Shown piece after piece: positions 1-10,379 of a stretch of 64,000 bases of DNA. A model generated the notes under the pieces. It had not been told where the DNA came from and did no database searches. It was given only the letters and a program-made list of their open reading frames with translations. The translations under genes and the position numbers were made by a program. Within the stretch, counting starts at the first letter, position 1, and the number at the start of each line of letters is the position of its first letter. This DNA comes from an uncultured virus (IMG/VR IMGVR_UViG_3300046315_000155) (Duplodnaviria > Heunggongvirae > Uroviricota > Caudoviricetes): IMG/VR virus record IMGVR_UViG_3300046315_000155; one strand, written 5' to 3'.

Positions 1-240
1 ATGAAAATATGTATATCTTTTACTGGATCGATTGTTAAAGCGACTCTATCACTTAAAAATTATGAAAATTTCACAAATCATCGCTGAATTATAGAAAACT
101 AAAGCACAGCATGATAACTTTAAGTTGTCATATCGAAACTTATAGTTATCATGCTACTTCTAAACCTGTTGGGTTTCCATGCGGTAATATTAATGAAAAC
201 ACATTAGAAAATGAAAAAATAGTAATTTTTATTTAATTTT

Positions 241-474
241 ATGGAAAATCCTATCATTTGTCCTGTATGTGGTGTTTATTTCATTGATGGTACATTCAGG
301 TTTTCCTATAAACCTACTCAGCCAATTTCAGCTAATGATGTGGCTGGACTGGTGTGTTCTAATCTTAGTAAAAATCCAAATGGGGTAGCATTAAAACTCC
401 AGTGTATTAATAAAACTGGGGATCCGGCGGAAGGAGATAGTTGGGAAAAACGATTAAAATCTATTGGGGAGTAA
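241..474 (+). CDS. small Cys-containing hypothetical protein
   Basis: 77-aa ORF with a CPVC motif and further Cys residues; no function recognised. Confidence 0.6.
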   Translation: MENPIICPVCGVYFIDGTFRFSYKPTQPISANDVAGLVCSNLSKNPNGVALKLQCINKTGDPAEGDSWEKRLKSIGE

Positions 475-542
475 ACCTATATGGGGCATCAGGTAACTAC
501 ATTTTTTTAATAAATATATATGTATATTTTATTAAAAAATTT

Positions 543-1097
543 GTGGTTACTCATTACGTTTATAAAACATTATTGGAAGGGAATGATAAGTATTATATCG
601 GCAGACACTCAACAACAAAAAAAGATATATTAAATGACGGGTATTTTGGTTCGGGTGTTTGGATTAGAAAAATTAAAGATAAAAATAAATTATCCAAAAT
701 AATTTTAGGCATATACAGTTCGATAGAAGATTTGTATATAGCAGAAGAGTTGTGGATAGAAAAACATTATAGTGACGTGAATTGTATGAACATGATATAT
801 TCTTCCAGTGGGTTTAAACCTGGACATATTATGTCTAATGAAATTAAAAAGAAATTATCTGATGCGAAAAAGGGCAAATCTCTAACAAAAGAACATAAAG
901 ATAATATATCTAAATCAGTGAAGGGAAAAAATATTGGTATACAAAATGGATGTGCAAAATTAACTGAAAAGGATATCGAAGAAATTAAGATACTATATAA
1001 AAAAAATGTTTCTCAAAAACAAATAGCAACAACGTTTAATGTCAATAGAAAAACCATTTATAGAATAATAAATGGAAAATCTTGGCAACATCAATAA
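543..1097 (+). CDS. GIY-YIG (Seg-like) homing endonuclease with NUMOD3-like and C-terminal HTH DNA-binding modules
   Basis: YVYKT...YYIGRHST...YFGSG motif, KKKLSDAKKG repeat, C-terminal HTH ending GKSWQH; probable start is GTG 543 (track ORF begins at 441). Confidence 0.8.
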   Translation: MVTHYVYKTLLEGNDKYYIGRHSTTKKDILNDGYFGSGVWIRKIKDKNKLSKIILGIYSSIEDLYIAEELWIEKHYSDVNCMNMIYSSSGFKPGHIMSNEIKKKLSDAKKGKSLTKEHKDNISKSVKGKNIGIQNGCAKLTEKDIEEIKILYKKNVSQKQIATTFNVNRKTIYRIINGKSWQHQ

Positions 1098-1123
1098 TTT
1101 TATTAAATAAAAACTATAAAAAT

Positions 1124-1261
1124 ATGGGTCATTCTATTGGTGTTTGCCCTCAATGTGATGGGTCGGTTATGGAAGGGTGTAGCTGCAATAATTGTGCGGA
1201 TGACCATATCAGATGGACACTAAAATGTAAAAAAAACAAAGAGATCATCTTGCAAAAGTAG
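1124..1261 (+). CDS. small Zn-finger-like protein (45 aa, below track cutoff)
   Basis: hand translation MGHSIGVCPQCDGSVMEGCSCNNCADD... has two CxxC pairs. Confidence 0.45.
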   Translation: MGHSIGVCPQCDGSVMEGCSCNNCADDHIRWTLKCKKNKEIILQK

Positions 1262-1346
1262 TGGCTAAAGGTAACACTATCATTTTGGTTAAGACAAAAA
1301 CAATTGGACAAATTAAATAATTAAATTTCTAATATCGAGTTTGTCC

Positions 1347-1375
1347 TTGCCAAATCAAAATTAATGTGCTAGAAT
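1347..1375 (+). promoter_or_regulatory. sigma70-type early promoter
   Basis: TTGCCA-17 nt-TAGAAT with extended TG, upstream of the 1406 ORF. Confidence 0.6.
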
Positions 1376-1405
1376 ATAAGAGTAAATCAAAATAAATCAA
1401 AATAT

Positions 1406-1648
1406 ATGCCATCAACCGAAATTGCTTCAAATATTAATAAAAAGTCTAGTGCTATTTCTCAGGTATCTTTTAGTGAAAGTGATAATCAAGTAATTTTAAC
1501 TTTCACTTCTAATCCAGATAAACAATACCCCTATACTGTAGCTGAAGGTCGATTTCATTATGTAGTAGAAGCATTTTCTTTGACTGAATCTGTTGGTGCA
1601 ATTTATCACGAATTAGTCAATAATTCCATCATTTTTCCCTTAAAATAA
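1406..1648 (+). CDS. KTSC-like small protein
   Basis: SSAISQVSF...LTFTSN...YPY...SVG pattern resembles the KTSC domain; paralog of the next ORF. Confidence 0.55.
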   Translation: MPSTEIASNINKKSSAISQVSFSESDNQVILTFTSNPDKQYPYTVAEGRFHYVVEAFSLTESVGAIYHELVNNSIIFPLK

Positions 1649-1650
1649 GT

Positions 1651-1863
1651 ATGTCAACACCTAAATTCATGCCTACTATTACCTTTTCTCCTGATACTAA
1701 CCAAGTATTTTTTTATTTTGAATCTACCCCAAAAATACTATTTCCATTTACTGTAGACGCAGACAAATTTGAATTTGTAACAGCGGCATTTTCTTCTGGT
1801 AATGTTTTTGGGGTATTTTATCAATTACTAAAATCTGGCGTTATTTATCCTACCCATCTATAA
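1651..1863 (+). CDS. KTSC-like small protein, tandem paralog of 1406..1648
   Basis: shared NQV..F.S.P...PFTV....F..V..AFS...V...L....I.P pattern. Confidence 0.5.
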   Translation: MSTPKFMPTITFSPDTNQVFFYFESTPKILFPFTVDADKFEFVTAAFSSGNVFGVFYQLLKSGVIYPTHL

Positions 1864-1865
1864 AT

Positions 1866-2030
1866 ATGTCTAGTCGTTATTCAACTCAAGAAGAAGAAGA
1901 TATTGAACAATTATCTGAAGAATACTATAATGTATTTCTTGAGATGATTAAAAATAGCGAACAATCATTGAATAGCGAAATTTCTGTTTTCAAAAACTTA
2001 ATCACTACAATAGTCTCAGAACTAAGATAA
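1866..2030 (+). CDS. small acidic hypothetical protein (54 aa)
   Basis: hand-translated ORF MSSRYSTQEEEDIEQLSEEYY..., tightly packed in the operon. Confidence 0.5.
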   Translation: MSSRYSTQEEEDIEQLSEEYYNVFLEMIKNSEQSLNSEISVFKNLITTIVSELR

Positions 2031-2037
2031 TAAAATT

Positions 2038-2175
2038 ATGCTACCAATTACTCCAGAAAAACTAAAATCAGCTAAGATTAATTCAATTGACCCAGATTCA
2101 GTTCCAGATTTTGATGATAATGATTGGGATGACTTTGACGATGATGATGCCGATGACGATGACGACGAAGAATAA
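2038..2175 (+). CDS. very acidic small protein (45 aa)
   Basis: hand translation MLPITPEKLKSAKINSIDPDSVPDFDDNDWDDFDDDDADDDDDEE. Confidence 0.55.
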   Translation: MLPITPEKLKSAKINSIDPDSVPDFDDNDWDDFDDDDADDDDDEE

Positions 2176-2463
2176 ATGAATAAATTATACCAGACAAAAT
2201 ATTTCATTATTGCTGTTTTGTCTGGTATAATCGATGGTTGGGTATCACTACAATGAGATCTATAATGTTCAGGAAACAAAAAGAGGATAAAAGAGGATAT
2301 ATTCGAGATGGATATACAGATATTAAGGATTCCTACGATCACTGGAAACTATTAATGTTTAATCCTGCATATGCTAGATCTACTAGAGCATTTTATGCTT
2401 CTTTAGGCTGGTGGCATCACAATGAACAATTTTTAAGATAATGGTTATGGATTTATATAGATT

Positions 2464-3210
2464 ATGATTCACTTTGACATAACACTCAATCTTTATCAAT
2501 TTGATCAACCTCATCATAATATATATAAATCCCATACTGGTGCATTAACATATAATCAATTATTTGTAGATGATAAACTTTATGTACTCAATACAAAGAC
2601 TGGCAAAATTTATACCAATACTGTAGAACTAGATAAAATAAATCTATTAAAACAATATAATTTTTGTGCTGATAATGAAGGTAGATTTAATACAGGTAAA
2701 AATGGTCAAATTGTATATATTCATGAATTAGTATATGAAGTAAAAACTAATCGCAATTATGTAATCAATCATATCGACGGAGATCCTAGTAACAATATAT
2801 TGTCTAATTTGGAATTATGTACTCATTGGTTTAATACAGTGTTAATGAAGAAAAAATCTGGACTATCTATTGGTATAAGATATAATAATAGTGGTACTAG
2901 CTATCTAACAAAAATTGCCATGCCAAGAATACATGGCAAATGTATAAATTTTGGTGCCAAAGAACTTAATTACCTTCAAAATATTCACTATCAGTTCGGC
3001 ACTAAATCAGGTTTAGTTACACCAAAAAGATACCTCAAAGAAACTCCTAATTGGTTGCCAGATCATACTATCCAATTCTCACCAGACCATCAGATAAAAC
3101 TAGACCAATTAATTCAAGCGCATCTAGAAAATCAATCAACTTGGGATATACCTATTGAAGCTTATGTTAATAATATTAAATTACAAGGCTTAAAAAATGA
3201 CTCCATATAA
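2464..3210 (+). CDS. HNH(-AP2-like) endonuclease, repeat family copy 1
   Basis: VINHIDGDPSNN..SNLE HNH motif followed by an AP2-like SGL.IGI..Y...I.MP...INFG segment; at least 9 related copies in the window. Confidence 0.8.
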   Translation: MIHFDITLNLYQFDQPHHNIYKSHTGALTYNQLFVDDKLYVLNTKTGKIYTNTVELDKINLLKQYNFCADNEGRFNTGKNGQIVYIHELVYEVKTNRNYVINHIDGDPSNNILSNLELCTHWFNTVLMKKKSGLSIGIRYNNSGTSYLTKIAMPRIHGKCINFGAKELNYLQNIHYQFGTKSGLVTPKRYLKETPNWLPDHTIQFSPDHQIKLDQLIQAHLENQSTWDIPIEAYVNNIKLQGLKNDSI

Positions 3211-3386
3211 ATGGTCGTTTAGACAAATTATGTTTGGTTGGAGCGACTTTAAATATTCTCTAATTATTTGGAAAAACTTGATGTTCACTCCATATAATAT
3301 TATCACTACCGATAAATTTTTTTTTTATACTACTATGCAATTCTGGTGGTATGATGAACATTTTGATTAATTATTAAATTTAATAA

Positions 3387-3420
3387 AAAGACCTCCTAAA
3401 CTCAATTAGGAGGTCTTTTT
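3387..3420. terminator. bidirectional rho-independent terminator
   Basis: aaagacctcctaa-loop-ttaggaggtctttt; same hairpin family as the HNH-cassette terminators, next to the palindrome at 3371. Confidence 0.75.
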
Positions 3421-3592
3421 GATCTATTCAACTCTTCTTGCTCTCCACTTCTTGTAATGATTTAATTTTCCATTTGCTACATTTGTTAAATTTGCACTTG
3501 CATTCTTACCCAATTCTGGTGTTAATAAACAAAATTGCAATAAATTAGTGATATGGTGTTCTACTCCATTAGGAACGGTAAGTATATATTTT

Positions 3593-3880
3593 TTAGCCAT
3601 TAACTCTGATACTACTTTTTTCTGGTGTTCGCTTTGTGGTTTTGCGTTTGCTTTTCTGGTGGCAATTATCTTTGTTGAAGTTTTTTGTTCGGTCTTTACG
3701 ACACAATCTTAAATTTTCTGGGCATTTTCCCATGTCCTCGTAAAATGAGTCAAAATTTGACTTCCATCGCAGTTCTACTGATATACCCACAGCATCATAC
3801 ATATGATACTGTTTATGGTTTGTATCAAAACATATATCGTTCATTTTGTGATAATATGATTTTGTTCTTGTCCAAGGCAT
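3593..3880 (-). pseudogene. degenerate HNH-type endonuclease fragment
   Basis: GISV..RW...FDSFYEDMG..P....L.R.D...NF.KDNC is typical of phage HNH proteins; the similarity ends after DNC. Confidence 0.55.
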
Positions 3881-3972
3881 AATTTAATGAAAAAATAGAA
3901 CTAAGGTTTTTTACTTCCTTAGTTCTATTACAACAGATTTTACTTATTTTACAATAGGTTTAATAACGTGGG

Positions 3973-5358
3973 TCAGTTCAAGTTCACGATGGAAATTCTA
4001 CGGAAATAAACGTTGGCGTTGGGAGTCAAAGATCCATTAGACTGAGTAGAACCTTGGGAGAATGGGTTAGCACTTACTGCATATCGAGATTTATACCCTA
4101 TCTTGGGTTGGAATGTTTCAGGATCGGTTGCTCGTACCATTTGTAGTGCAACATATGGGGAGTAGTAAATACCTGCATCCCAAGCAGACGCACCTTTATA
4201 CCCTAGTACTGCAAAGTGGGTATCAGAAATATTAGCTGCATAAGGATCTACATAAACTTTGATGCGACTGTTGAACAGACCAGCATATGTACTGGTGGTG
4301 TCATCAGGGACATCATTTACCGCCATTGCTGGAGTATAATCAAGTTGTTTAGCTGCGTGTAAAGCAGATGCAGTATCAGCAGAAACAATCATGAAATTCG
4401 CTTTACCCCGACGAGTGAGATGACCTACAGCGTTTGCTTCACGTTCTAATTGGAAACACAACCCTTTGAAACGTTCTACTGCCCAACGTCCATTTGAATC
4501 CAAGTTGAGGTCAAATTGACCTGGGATAACTACGTTATTTTGTGCCCCTGGTCTAGCAGTAACATAAATGGTACGAATGATTTCGCGGTTGATCTCAGAT
4601 ATAATCTCACTAGACAAGATGTTTGCTAGTTCGGATTCTGCATCTAGACCATGTACTGCTTTCAAATCTTGTTGTAGTTCAAGAGAGTAGCTTGCTTTTA
4701 GCGCACGACCTTTTGCTTCTACTAAGAATTTTTCGATGGAGAAACTGACTTCGCGGAAAGCATTACCACTTTCCCCCAAAGATTCTTGAATAGCTGTTGG
4801 CATACCTTGAGAATAAGTGTATGCACCAGGAATACCACTAGCACCAGGATTTAGTACTGCTGGGTTGTCTTCTAGATTTCCTGCCACTGGTGTGTATACC
4901 CCACCATTAGCAGAACGTGCAGTATCAGTTTCATTATAAAATAGTTCATTGGTGTAAACATTGGGGGTAGCACCATTACCATCTCGATCTGTACCGAAAT
5001 GAGAACGCAGAGAAAATATTAGTCCAGATGGTGCAGTTAGTGGTTGTACCCCACAAACATCATATGCCATCATTTTGGGCATAGAACGACGTACCATCGA
5101 AATTAGCACAGGATCGTAACCTGCTACTGGAGTAGATGCAGCACCGCCAGTAAAACCACCGTTACCAGCAGAGTTGGTAGGAGACTCAAACAACATTTCT
5201 TTTTGTGAACGATTATCTCGTTCTTGGTTCTCCAGTAAGATTGCTGTACATTTTCGTTTATATTCGTCTTTGATTTCTACTTGACTCTGGGCATTTAGTA
5301 CTGGTGCCCATTTTTCCAACAATTGCTCAATTCCTAACATTTGATTTCCGTAAGACAT
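3973..5358 (-). CDS. gp23: major capsid protein
   Basis: T4/cyanomyophage MCP motifs (LLEKWAPVL, DPVLISMVRRSMP, FSIEK..VEAKGRALKASYSLEL, FQPKIGYKSRY). Confidence 0.97.
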   Translation of the reverse strand: MSYGNQMLGIEQLLEKWAPVLNAQSQVEIKDEYKRKCTAILLENQERDNRSQKEMLFESPTNSAGNGGFTGGAASTPVAGYDPVLISMVRRSMPKMMAYDVCGVQPLTAPSGLIFSLRSHFGTDRDGNGATPNVYTNELFYNETDTARSANGGVYTPVAGNLEDNPAVLNPGASGIPGAYTYSQGMPTAIQESLGESGNAFREVSFSIEKFLVEAKGRALKASYSLELQQDLKAVHGLDAESELANILSSEIISEINREIIRTIYVTARPGAQNNVVIPGQFDLNLDSNGRWAVERFKGLCFQLEREANAVGHLTRRGKANFMIVSADTASALHAAKQLDYTPAMAVNDVPDDTTSTYAGLFNSRIKVYVDPYAANISDTHFAVLGYKGASAWDAGIYYSPYVALQMVRATDPETFQPKIGYKSRYAVSANPFSQGSTQSNGSLTPNANVYFRRISIVNLN

Positions 5359-5384
5359 AAATTTATATTTTTTATTATTATTAT

Positions 5385-5392
5385 TATTTATA
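5385..5392 (-). promoter_or_regulatory. T4-like late promoter upstream of gp23
   Basis: TATAAATA on the minus strand about 27 nt before the ATG; the same motif precedes gp22 (6349), gp14 (28769), the Calx-beta gene (30843), gp16 (33342), gp8 (40414), the gp7-like gene (51571) and the PAAR-like gene (57918). Confidence 0.7.
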
Positions 5393-5397
5393 GAAAA

Positions 5398-6324
5398 TTA
5401 CAAAGCACTTACATATTTAGACATACTATCACTAATAACTTCATAATTTCCAGACACATCATCATCCAAGATAGTATATTTTTTTGTTACAGTGGGGAAA
5501 GAACTTTCTTTTAAGATTTGTACTTTATTTGCCAAATCGTCAACGGAGTCTATATTTAATCCTTCTGCTAAAAATCGCAATTTTGCTTTTTGATTTTGAC
5601 TTAAATCTCTACCCACTTCTTCTATAGTTTGTTCTAGGGTAGATTCCTGAAGAACACCATATAGTTCGGTGTTGATATCAATTTGCTCATTCAATTTGTT
5701 TTCTAGCATCTCGATAGTATCATTCATATTACTCAATACATCATATCGTTCTTCGGGAATATCTACATAATTTTCTTGGAATAGATTTTTCATCCCTCCA
5801 ATAAAGTTTTCAAATAGTTCTAATTTGATACCATTTTCAATAGCAATTTCATTTTCTTCTAACCACATTCCAGAAATATAATCTAGTTTGGTGTCAATAG
5901 ATTCAATCAATACTTCTGCTAGTGAGTTAATTTCTTCTTCTAGAGTTTGATTATAGTGTTCCTCAAGATTGGTCATCAATTCAAATGTTTTTTCTTTTAC
6001 TGCTGCTTCAAAAATAACAATCAGTTTTTCTTTAAATTCTTCTGATAAATCAGAACCTTCAAATAAAGTATTGATTGAATCTGTTACACTAATGGATTCA
6101 TCCATGTCACTTTTCTGTAATCCATTCATAGGTACTGGGGGTACAGCATCTTTATTTACGATATTCTTGATTTTTTTGACACCAGCCACATATTTTGCAG
6201 CAGTGTTTGGTTGTTCAGTAGCAATAGGTTCAGAATTAGGTAATTCTTCTACGTTACCATCTGATAAAGAAGTATCCATAGGATCTCCTGCTACTGCGTT
6301 TTTTGTTACCTGATTTCTTCCCAT
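5398..6324 (-). CDS. gp22: prohead core scaffold protein
   Basis: LSEEFKEK...IFEAAV, W..ENEIAIENGIK.EL.E.F..GMK.LF.ENYVDIPEERYDVL; lies between gp21 and gp23. Confidence 0.92.
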   Translation of the reverse strand: MGRNQVTKNAVAGDPMDTSLSDGNVEELPNSEPIATEQPNTAAKYVAGVKKIKNIVNKDAVPPVPMNGLQKSDMDESISVTDSINTLFEGSDLSEEFKEKLIVIFEAAVKEKTFELMTNLEEHYNQTLEEEINSLAEVLIESIDTKLDYISGMWLEENEIAIENGIKLELFENFIGGMKNLFQENYVDIPEERYDVLSNMNDTIEMLENKLNEQIDINTELYGVLQESTLEQTIEEVGRDLSQNQKAKLRFLAEGLNIDSVDDLANKVQILKESSFPTVTKKYTILDDDVSGNYEVISDSMSKYVSAL

Positions 6325-6397
6325 TGTAATTATTTTAATTTATACTACTATTTATATTTATATTTATATTTCATTATTTTTTGTTTTACTTGGTGTA

Positions 6398-7189
6398 TTA
6401 AAAATTTTCTTGGTGCAAATACCCCCCTAAAATTGACCTTTTAGTATTTATTAAACGTTGTCCTCTTTCTAGATGATTTTTATCACTTCCTGGTTTACGT
6501 TGCAAAGATGCTAAAGATAATCTTCCACTCAGCATTCTTTTTTCTTCCCATTTTTCTTGTCCTTTTTTTATTTTAGCTATCCCTTCTTCTCGTTTTTCTG
6601 GAGTATTATTCCTTTTCATGTCATTAATTAATCTATTTTTTTCTTGATAAGATTTAATTTCATGATCTTCTAGTGGATGTAAGTATTTTTGTCCTCGTAA
6701 ATGTTCTTCTGGATGAACGTCTGGATGTTGTTTGACTATACCATACTGGGTTCGTCCATCTTTAGCTAAAGCACCAAATCCTGCTACTTTTCTATATATT
6801 TCCTCTCTTCTATTTCTTTCAGTCTTATCTGCTTTTGTAGCTGGATGATTAGTTACTAAATCTCCAATATTTGTATGGTTTTTAACATAATCATTATGTA
6901 AATGTAAAGCGTCATGTAATGTATGTTTTTTTTGTGTATTATTCATATTATTACGATCAATTAAATTGTTCCAGGACACATGGTGTGAAATATCAGATTG
7001 ACCAGGTGCTATTTTATCAGTTTCGTGGGATTGTGCAGCGTTATATTGGGTATGAACGGTGCTATTAAGTGAATGATATAGATTTCCTGTAGTTTTAACT
7101 TTTCGAGTTTCTATTGGTGAAGATGGTTCTTTGGATAACCCCTCACCTAACAAATAAAATTCTTGAATTTCTTGATATAAGTCTCTCAT
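6398..7189 (-). CDS. putative internal head protein, paralog of 62589..63392
   Basis: likely start MRDLYQEIQEFY; lies in the head operon; shares TLHDA.HLHN, AGFG, QYGIVK and HPEEH.RG.KYLHPLE blocks with the 62589 ORF. Confidence 0.55.
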   Translation of the reverse strand: MRDLYQEIQEFYLLGEGLSKEPSSPIETRKVKTTGNLYHSLNSTVHTQYNAAQSHETDKIAPGQSDISHHVSWNNLIDRNNMNNTQKKHTLHDALHLHNDYVKNHTNIGDLVTNHPATKADKTERNRREEIYRKVAGFGALAKDGRTQYGIVKQHPDVHPEEHLRGQKYLHPLEDHEIKSYQEKNRLINDMKRNNTPEKREEGIAKIKKGQEKWEEKRMLSGRLSLASLQRKPGSDKNHLERGQRLINTKRSILGGYLHQENF

Positions 7190-7199
7190 TTTATTAAAT

Positions 7200-7604
7200 T
7201 TAGTATTTATTATTTTCCCAATACTTAACACCGATCAATACTGCTAAAAAACATAAAGTAGCACGAAACCAATGAATCCCTGTTATATTCATCACCAATA
7301 AAAATAATAAATGACATTCAAACCAAGTTAGTTCATACATTGCTCCATCTATGCTTATAATTCTCCCCTTTTTAAAACATATATAGTCATGCAATAATGG
7401 TGCCACTAAACCTAGTGATGCTCTATCTATAATCCACCTTAATAATTTTGGTACAGATGCTAGATCGGATTTATAATTTTTTGGCACCACTATATCAAAA
7501 TTAAAATATTTACTGAAATTAATTACGTATCTGTCCTTTAAAATATAAATGTTTCCATCATTAGTACTTAATTGAGGAATTGGTAATACATTTTTATCAT
7601 TCAT
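7200..7604 (-). CDS. DUF1353-like protein
   Basis: VPKNYKSDLASVP...LLHDY motif. Confidence 0.7.
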   Translation of the reverse strand: MNDKNVLPIPQLSTNDGNIYILKDRYVINFSKYFNFDIVVPKNYKSDLASVPKLLRWIIDRASLGLVAPLLHDYICFKKGRIISIDGAMYELTWFECHLLFLLVMNITGIHWFRATLCFLAVLIGVKYWENNKY

Positions 7605-8239
7605 TTTATTAAATTTAATAATTTTTTGAATGCACCTAACCGCGCTTCTTCTAATTGTGATTTAGTGTTAGCACTTTGAATATTATATTTGATTTCGTAT
7701 ATTAGTCCATTTTTATCAATATCATACTCGGTGGATTCCATAATTGCATTAACATAAGCATCTGGCGCACTAGGATCCATTACGCAATCTCCAGCAGTAG
7801 ATAATTTATAATCTTCTGATACATATTTTTTACCATTACGCTCTTGAAGTGTGCCTAGTCCTTTACTAGATACACCGAATTTGACTCCACCTTCCATCAA
7901 AGCTTTTACAATTTTCCCATTAGGTGTATCCAATACTAATGCCTTACCAATATAATTATTGCCAGATTCCTTCAAAGAAATAATTTTATGAGATATTAAT
8001 TTTGGATCTGGTAAAATACTGCTGCTGTGACTTAGTTCTCCTACTGCTTTATTTTGTTCTATGGATTCTTTGATATACCGTTTTACTTCTTTATCTAGAA
8101 TGTGTTTTGGATAAATTCTTCCATTTTTGTTTTCTAACTCCGATTGAAGAAAAATCCCCTCAATAAAGTATTGTTTCGTGCCATTTACTTCTTCGGTGAG
8201 GTATTCTATTTGTTCTGCTGATTCTATTAGTAATTTCAT
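7601..8239 (-). CDS. gp21: prohead core protease
   Basis: MKLLIE...YFIEGIFLQ...N.NGRIYP...GELSH...GVSSKGLG...DPSAPDAYV. Confidence 0.95.
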   Translation of the reverse strand: MKLLIESAEQIEYLTEEVNGTKQYFIEGIFLQSELENKNGRIYPKHILDKEVKRYIKESIEQNKAVGELSHSSSILPDPKLISHKIISLKESGNNYIGKALVLDTPNGKIVKALMEGGVKFGVSSKGLGTLQERNGKKYVSEDYKLSTAGDCVMDPSAPDAYVNAIMESTEYDIDKNGLIYEIKYNIQSANTKSQLEEARLGAFKKLLNLIK

Positions 8240-8240
8240 A

Positions 8241-8738
8241 TTATTTGTACTTTGGTAAATGATCTGGATAACGTTTTGTTAGATATTTCGCATGTTTACT
8301 ACTCGATTGTTGTTCTTTGTCTAAGGTATTTAATTCTTCTTTTTCTGAAGGATTTAGGGTAATTCTATTTCTCAAACTATCATGTCTATCACCCAATTTC
8401 ACTCCATAATCCATGCTATCTGGATTATTTAAAGATTTTTTGTAATATTCTCTAGTAGACGCATCTATTCTTGCATCTCTATCCTTGATACTAGGATTTT
8501 TGATTCTGTTGCGCACCCCTTTGGTGAATGTATTGGCGTTATCTTCACGAGTAGCATCCTTTAATCCTTCGTTATAGTCAGAATCAGATGCTTCTTGAAA
8601 TAAAGACTTACCCACATATTCTCTCATCAATTCTATTTTTTCTACACTTCTATCAAGTAGTGCATCTGCAATATGTTGGGATGCACTTACGTTATCTTGG
8701 TCAATAATTGAATTGAATATATCTCTAGCTGTACTCAT
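8241..8738 (-). CDS. prohead core protein (gp67/gp68-like position)
   Basis: lies between portal and protease; N-terminal helix ends KSLFQE, like T4-type core proteins. Confidence 0.5.
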   Translation of the reverse strand: MSTARDIFNSIIDQDNVSASQHIADALLDRSVEKIELMREYVGKSLFQEASDSDYNEGLKDATREDNANTFTKGVRNRIKNPSIKDRDARIDASTREYYKKSLNNPDSMDYGVKLGDRHDSLRNRITLNPSEKEELNTLDKEQQSSSKHAKYLTKRYPDHLPKYK

Positions 8739-8761
8739 AAAATTTAATAATTATATATAGT

Positions 8762-10342
8762 TTATTTAGCAGTATTTTGTGGTGGAGCAGGGGTTTGTGC
8801 AGCAATTTGTGTCATTTGTGCTGGATCTGGAATTAACCCCAGATTTTTCTCCATTTGGATCTGTAAAGCTATTTCTTCTATTTCTCTGTCATTCATTTTC
8901 AGTACATTTTTTTGAATATATTGTTTGCTAAAATAATTGCCCAAATATGGTTCAGTTTGTGCCAATATATTTAATCTATCTACTGCTAATTCAGATGCCA
9001 CAAGTTCTGCATAGTGATTATCAAATATAAAGTCTATTTGTATATCAGATTCTATAGCATCCCACTCATCAACATTTAATATTCCTTTTAATACTAATTG
9101 AGTTTTGAGTGGATCTAAAAATAATTGACTAAATTGTTTTCTCAATCTGCCTACGAATTTAGCAAACTTTATTTCATCTCTGGCTATCTCACTACCTCTA
9201 CCAATATTAAAACTACCAGAGTCCCCACTTTGTCTAGATTCGGGTACATTAAGTGCATGTAGTGCTTTTTTCAAAAAGAACTTTAAATTTTCTCCCAAAT
9301 CTCCCAAATTTTGTCCAGCAGGTAATGTAGAAATTTCTGTACCATTACCACTAGAGCGTCTGGGTAAGAAGAAATCCTCTAACATAGTTGCTTGGTGTCT
9401 TTTGTTAGCAACTTCTCCGGTGACGGAATCATAACTAATTTTATTTTTATATCTATTCACTACCTCTTTCAAATATTGCTCTGCTTTTATTTTTGGTAAA
9501 TTACCTACATCAATATAAAAAATTCTCTTTTCTGTTGCTCTTGTTAGAGCATATATTACAATACTGTCTTCCAACATTCTCAATTGGTTGATTGGCTTAA
9601 TCGCTTTATTTAGGTATGATACATTTATTTTTTTGGTATAATCAACTACTCCACTAGGAATGCTGGTGATTGAATCTTTAGTAAATTTAAGTGCTGACCC
9701 CGCATGTGGACTAGGACTGTAATTATTGTTATTATTGGATGAACTCTTTATATAGATATAATATTCCAAATAATTTTCATTTACGAATTTTTTATCATTC
9801 TCTGATAATATTTGATCATCTTTTATTTTTTGCTTAATCGGCTTGATGTGAATAGGATCGATATTTCTTAATTCTTGAATTCCTTTCTTCAAATTTTTTG
9901 GATCTACTATTTTTTGATAATATAAAATACCATCTACATACCATTTTCTAGTAATACTATGACAATTTTTTTCAAATTTTAATAATTTGCAAATATAATC
10001 AAATTCTTCTCGTATTGCGGTTTTTATATTGTCAGGTATTTGTGATTTTGATAAATCTATCTTTACTGGCATTTCTGTCAGATCGCTAGCAATCATCTCA
10101 TTCACCACATCATCAATTGAGGCATCTACTAACGGATCCAGTGCTATTTGACGATATTTATTAATAAGATCTGCAATATTTTTGAAATTCAATTCTAAGT
10201 CGATCCCCGTACTAAAGAATCCCGCCCCAGATATCATGACTGTGCCATCATCATTATTTTTTGGGATTGGGGATGATGCAGCTTTTTTTCCACGGATTCT
10301 TTCTTCTAAATTAAATCCTAATAATTCTACACCTTTATTCAT
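8762..10342 (-). CDS. gp20: portal vertex protein
   Basis: WYVDG, NQLRMLEDSIVIY, RIFYIDVGNLPKIKAEQYL, MLEDFFLPRR..G.GTEISTLP.GQNLG. Confidence 0.97.
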   Translation of the reverse strand: MNKGVELLGFNLEERIRGKKAASSPIPKNNDDGTVMISGAGFFSTGIDLELNFKNIADLINKYRQIALDPLVDASIDDVVNEMIASDLTEMPVKIDLSKSQIPDNIKTAIREEFDYICKLLKFEKNCHSITRKWYVDGILYYQKIVDPKNLKKGIQELRNIDPIHIKPIKQKIKDDQILSENDKKFVNENYLEYYIYIKSSSNNNNNYSPSPHAGSALKFTKDSITSIPSGVVDYTKKINVSYLNKAIKPINQLRMLEDSIVIYALTRATEKRIFYIDVGNLPKIKAEQYLKEVVNRYKNKISYDSVTGEVANKRHQATMLEDFFLPRRSSGNGTEISTLPAGQNLGDLGENLKFFLKKALHALNVPESRQSGDSGSFNIGRGSEIARDEIKFAKFVGRLRKQFSQLFLDPLKTQLVLKGILNVDEWDAIESDIQIDFIFDNHYAELVASELAVDRLNILAQTEPYLGNYFSKQYIQKNVLKMNDREIEEIALQIQMEKNLGLIPDPAQMTQIAAQTPAPPQNTAK

Positions 10343-10379
10343 ATAAATATTAATAATTATATCCTTACTATTAGTATTT

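Noticed and set aside
2022..2342. Ser-rich minus-strand ORF
   Set aside because: It is the antisense shadow of the GAT/GAC-rich acidic ORF on the plus strand.
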